In this document: positions 16,429-20,000 of the stretch, one piece after another | Numbering within the stretch: the stretch's first letter is position 1 | Layout of the letters: every line of letters begins with the position of its first letter | IMG/VR virus record: IMGVR_UViG_3300035162_003174 | Source: an uncultured virus (IMG/VR IMGVR_UViG_3300035162_003174) | Lineage: Duplodnaviria; Heunggongvirae; Uroviricota; Caudoviricetes | Length of the DNA stretch: 20,000 nucleotides | Strand: one strand, 5' to 3' | Position numbers and translations under genes: made by a program | Notes under the pieces: generated by a model | What the model was told of the DNA's origin: nothing | What the model saw: only the letters and a program-made list of their open reading frames with translations | Databases searched by the model: none

Positions 16429-18522
16429 TTATATATTAGGGTCATTATCAGATATATTAAATCCAAAATCACAAGTTATTTCATCAGATACGAAATCAAA
16501 ATCACATGCCGCAGCGTCGGCATCAAAATTAAAGTAACACCCTAATAGACAAGGGAAACAATCGATACACCAAAAATCATATAAATTATACTTTGTTTTT
16601 AGTTCCCTATAATTATGTTGTATTTGTGGAGTTGACAACGGCTCCGTATACATTCTAAATTGTGATATACCACCCATAAACGTACCACCAAAATTAGGTT
16701 CGATTAGAATGTCGGTAGTCAATCCAGATAATGAAGTACCTGATAATGTTTGATTCGGCATATCTTCAGGGTCTTGAATATAAGGTCCTTCAGTTGCGGT
16801 ACAAGCACTGAACATTAGACTCTCTCTAAGTCCCTGTGTTCCACCACCCCAACTTATATTAAATGGAACACCAAGTTGTTTTTCTTTTTGAGTATTTAAT
16901 TCACGAGGAATAATTTCTTCAAAATCCTCAATAACCATAAACAAATATCCATTAACATACAGTTTTAAAAGACCTAATCTTCGGTCTTTATTTCTTAACC
17001 ATTTTCGATTTAAATCTATTAAACTTTCTTTCTTTTCTTTCTTACTTCCAATATGGGTTTGCGGAGGCATAATTAAATTATACGCGGAACCATTTATTGC
17101 CGATGGGTAAACAACATCTCTTATATCACCTAACCCTCCCCAATTAATTAAATCACAATCCTCTAATGTTTGATATCTTTCGAATACCGCGGAAAACATT
17201 ACCCATCTTTCTTCAGTATTGGCAGTTAAACAAACTAACGAGTCATATCCACAATCATCATATATACCCCTAACTGAACAAATCTCATTAATACAGTATC
17301 CTGAAGAATATGTTAACCCTGTAGTACCACAACTACCTGTTGTTACACAATCACCCGTTAATTTAATATATTTTACACATAAATGAGGGTTCTTAGGGTC
17401 CCCCGATAATCTGATTGACATTGCATTAGATAATGCATCCACGCCAGGGTCAACAGGGGGGTTTATAATAGTGGTGTTATATGACCCACAAGGGCCGGTG
17501 TTGTGTTTAACGGTCGTACCTGATGTGGGAAAAACTTTAAAACAGTCTGAATTGGTTACACCTGTATTTGAACATGCACATGTTCTTATGCAATCACCTA
17601 AACCTGAAGTCACTCTTTTATATGTCCATTGAGTAGAACTATTACCTGAAACATCACAATTAAACCCACAGTTATAGTTATAACAACCTAAACCGTCTGA
17701 ACCTTGGTTACCTCTTTTAGATTCTACCTTACCATCGGCAGGGTGATAATATTTATTTTCGGCTCTTGTACCAAAATAAAAAAACATACCCGCGTTTTCG
17801 GGGTAGACATCATTTAAATATACTTCAGAAGGTTGTATATTAAATTCTTCTCTTTGTCTTGGTTTGATGACAGTCTCCATTGTCCAACCTTTGTTAACTC
17901 TTTCAGGGAAAACCTCATAATCGTAACCAAATAACTTATAAAAACCCTGATAAAACCCTCCATAAAGTTCATTATAATAACCAACAGAGTCTCCATCATT
18001 TTTAGATACCACATTATATATGGTTTTTGAGTTACCCGAAAACCTATGATTTGGCCAATCAACATATGAAGTCACAGGATGAAACTTCATTCTACGGTCA
18101 TAGTAATGGGGGTCCCATTTTTCAAAATCATTAATACCCATTGTAAATGTTATAGTTTCACCTGTCATTTTATCATATAACCCATTATCGGTGGCAACTA
18201 AACCTATATCACACAAAGTAGTCGCCGATTCACAAAATAAATCGACATTTTTTGGGTTATAATAATTTTCAGATACCAAAGTATTACCACTATAATTAAC
18301 ATTCCATAGTAATCTCATTTTTTGGTTTGATAAATCTGACGATAAATCAATATAAACGGGCAACCTATCTCCATCGTCTTCGGCAATTAGTTTTGTAGAA
18401 AACACTACCTCCTCATCGTAATCTCTCTCATCTGAAGCGATTGTAAGGTCAAAGTAACTGCTGTAGTCTAAACGGATATCGTATCGATTAAAATTATAAT
18501 TATTAATATTCTGACTGGACAT
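16429..18522 (-). CDS. Large Cys-rich putative virion protein with LamG/concanavalin-like motifs
   Basis: GWTMETVIKP, WVMFSAVF, LKLYVNG and FMGGISQFRMYTEPLSTPQIQHNY are LamG-like motifs, separated by Cys/Thr/Gly-rich insertions. Preceded by TATTTAT. Confidence 0.6.
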   Translation of the reverse strand: MSSQNINNYNFNRYDIRLDYSSYFDLTIASDERDYDEEVVFSTKLIAEDDGDRLPVYIDLSSDLSNQKMRLLWNVNYSGNTLVSENYYNPKNVDLFCESATTLCDIGLVATDNGLYDKMTGETITFTMGINDFEKWDPHYYDRRMKFHPVTSYVDWPNHRFSGNSKTIYNVVSKNDGDSVGYYNELYGGFYQGFYKLFGYDYEVFPERVNKGWTMETVIKPRQREEFNIQPSEVYLNDVYPENAGMFFYFGTRAENKYYHPADGKVESKRGNQGSDGLGCYNYNCGFNCDVSGNSSTQWTYKRVTSGLGDCIRTCACSNTGVTNSDCFKVFPTSGTTVKHNTGPCGSYNTTIINPPVDPGVDALSNAMSIRLSGDPKNPHLCVKYIKLTGDCVTTGSCGTTGLTYSSGYCINEICSVRGIYDDCGYDSLVCLTANTEERWVMFSAVFERYQTLEDCDLINWGGLGDIRDVVYPSAINGSAYNLIMPPQTHIGSKKEKKESLIDLNRKWLRNKDRRLGLLKLYVNGYLFMVIEDFEEIIPRELNTQKEKQLGVPFNISWGGGTQGLRESLMFSACTATEGPYIQDPEDMPNQTLSGTSLSGLTTDILIEPNFGGTFMGGISQFRMYTEPLSTPQIQHNYRELKTKYNLYDFWCIDCFPCLLGCYFNFDADAAACDFDFVSDEITCDFGFNISDNDPNI

Positions 18523-18537
18523 GAATGGTTTTTATAG

Positions 18538-18564
18538 ATAAATACTTTGTTCGTAGTATTTATA
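18538..18564. promoter_or_regulatory. Back-to-back divergent TATTTAT promoters forming an inverted repeat
   Basis: ATAAATAC (18538-18545), 10-nt spacer, GTATTTAT (18556-18563). They face the ATG at 18522 (minus) and the ATG at 18579 (plus). Confidence 0.6.
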
Positions 18565-18578
18565 TTAAAAAAGAATCT

Positions 18579-19331
18579 ATGAAGTCATATCTTTATAAAA
18601 CTGTAGAGGGAGCTGAGACAGCTGCAAAAGAATTAGGTTGTGAAGGGTCTCACAAGCATAAAAGAAAAACCTTTATGCCGTGTAAGACCCACAAAACATT
18701 TTTAACGAAAACTAAAGGTGTTAAACCTGAAGGTGAAATGGATGAAATAATAGACTATGATGGTACTATGTTAAATTCTAAAATACCGATATTAGACCCG
18801 ACTGTTAGTGCCGATGGAAATACTACTATGGATAAAACTGTTGCGATGGCACGTATAACTCAAGACCCATTAACACGAGGTTATAGAGTCTATTATGGTG
18901 AAAGTGTTAAACCTAGAGAGGTTAGTGAAGAAGATATGGAAGACGCATTCGGTTATGATGAAACTAAATTTATGGATGCTGATGAGACCATTGACTTCTT
19001 TATTGATGAGTTAGGTTTTGATGAGGACGAAGCTAAAGGTAGAGCGGAAGAGATGGGAAAAGACCCCAAATTAGATGACTCGTCTTCTTTTAAGAAAAAG
19101 AAAAATTTTGTAATGAAAGGTAGATTGGTTGAAAAGGGAAAAGTTCTAAGTAAAGAAGAACTAATTAAGATGGCGGATGATATGTTAGTTTCCAAATCAG
19201 ACGATAAAGATTTAAAAATTGACACTAAACTCTCACCAATCTTACAAAGAAACATTAAAGTTTTAAAAAAATTAGCGGTAGCTGATGGTATTTCCACTAA
19301 TGAGTTAGTTAAAATTTTAAAAAATGAATAA
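18579..19331 (+). CDS. Hypothetical acidic protein with N-terminal Cys/His motif
   Basis: Start moved from 18525 to 18579 because the promoter motif lies inside the longer ORF. Contains GCEGSHKH...FMPCKTH. Confidence 0.75.
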   Translation: MKSYLYKTVEGAETAAKELGCEGSHKHKRKTFMPCKTHKTFLTKTKGVKPEGEMDEIIDYDGTMLNSKIPILDPTVSADGNTTMDKTVAMARITQDPLTRGYRVYYGESVKPREVSEEDMEDAFGYDETKFMDADETIDFFIDELGFDEDEAKGRAEEMGKDPKLDDSSSFKKKKNFVMKGRLVEKGKVLSKEELIKMADDMLVSKSDDKDLKIDTKLSPILQRNIKVLKKLAVADGISTNELVKILKNE

Positions 19332-19788
19332 AGAATTATACGATAGAAAAGTAAAGATACCTGAATCTCTTTGCGGTCATTTATCGAAGTGTTTTGATTC
19401 TGTTGACGCTGATAGTAATGTTGAGGGGTTTAATAGAAACAAGGATATGAGAGATAGTGGTATTGCTACTTATCAACAAATCAAACGAATTAAGAATTGG
19501 TTTGAGAGTTATCAAGGGACTAAAGATGAACCATCTTTTATTTTAAATGGTGGTGATAGAATGGAAAAATGGTGTGACAGTGTTTTAGACCATTGGAGAA
19601 AAACTTTAGATATCGGTAATAAAGCCAAGTCAGAAGGTGGTATGGAAAATGAATATATAAAATATCACACTAAAGATGGAATAGTTGTTAGTCCTAATCA
19701 AAAACATGAAAAAGGAATTAACAAATTTGATACCTCAGTAACTGAACAAATAAAACAAATAAACGATATAATGAAAACATTAATATAA
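19324..19788 (+). CDS. Hypothetical phage protein
   Basis: 154-aa ORF overlapping both neighbours (coupled). Core TYQQIKRIKNWF...FILNGGDRMEKW. Confidence 0.75.
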   Translation: MNKELYDRKVKIPESLCGHLSKCFDSVDADSNVEGFNRNKDMRDSGIATYQQIKRIKNWFESYQGTKDEPSFILNGGDRMEKWCDSVLDHWRKTLDIGNKAKSEGGMENEYIKYHTKDGIVVSPNQKHEKGINKFDTSVTEQIKQINDIMKTLI

Positions 19789-20000
19789 TGGCAACACAAA
19801 ATGACAAATTAGACTTCGCACAACCAGCTAATTCATTATCTGAATATGCTGAAGCAGAAAGAGCAAAATTATTTCCTAAAAATGATTTTTCACCAAAGAG
19901 TGACCTTTACTCACCTCAACATCCTGATGCAATGGCGGATGGTGATAATATTGGTAGAGGGACCGCTCAATATTTAGATGTATATAACGAAAATGCTGGT
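19788..20000 (+). CDS. Hypothetical protein (partial; runs off the window end)
   Basis: Not in the ORF track. TAATG overlap with the previous gene. MATQNDKLDFAQPANSLSEYAEAERAKLFPKNDF...HPDAMADGDNIGRGT... is open to 20000. Confidence 0.75.
   Translation, partial: MATQNDKLDFAQPANSLSEYAEAERAKLFPKNDFSPKSDLYSPQHPDAMADGDNIGRGTAQYLDVYNENAG

Noticed and set aside
18525..18578. ORF-track N-terminal extensions (18525; also 7863 and 12394)
   Set aside because: The extensions cover promoter motifs or the upstream gene; the downstream ATGs at 18579, 7887 and 12406 fit better.
3578..19297. Short ORF-track entries nested in or antisense to long genes (3578-3784, 6051-6257, 9418-9627, 10686-11051, 12005-12220, 13665-13925, 14473-14694, 14811-15155, 16304-16537, 17814-18065, 18953-19297)
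   Set aside because: They overlap well-supported genes, have no recognisable motifs and show shadow-frame composition.
1..20000. Stop-codon reassignment, as in some large phages
   Set aside because: Genes are full length in the standard code with high coding density, and TAA, TAG (5728) and TGA (5727, 9650, 15636) all occur at plausible gene ends.
1..20000. CRISPR array, tRNA, rRNA or IS element
   Set aside because: Intergenic gaps are under about 135 bp and AT-rich; no spaced repeats, cloverleaf or transposase motifs were seen by eye.

Overview
AT-rich, gene-dense segment of a large T4-like myovirus (jumbo-phage style), probably infecting Bacteroidota. The host call is inferred from an exact TTTG-N20-TAnnTTTG promoter before the DNA polymerase and from A/T-rich translation starts without Shine-Dalgarno sites. 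Virion genes lie on both strands: gp26-like baseplate hub (partial), tail tube, a 1065-aa tail sheath, gp15/gp14/gp13-like tail terminator and neck proteins, two BppU-like paralogs and a Cys-rich LamG-like protein. They are interleaved with a family B DNA polymerase, an SNF2 helicase, a HAD-like phosphatase and an Mn/Fe superoxide dismutase fused to a PD-(D/E)xK-like domain. Four genes absent from the ORF track were added (1-462, 2019-2168, 5578-5727, 19788-20000). Main points of interest: (1) the SOD-nuclease-like fusion, with a leader and linker carrying I/L-x-E sites, which suggests protease-processed enzyme cargo in the virion; (2) a TATTTAT putative late promoter, the reverse complement of the T4 late promoter core, before nearly every virion transcription unit; (3) a small ribbon-helix-helix gene with a candidate operator, divergent from the sheath gene. 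All family assignments come from motif recognition; no searches were run.
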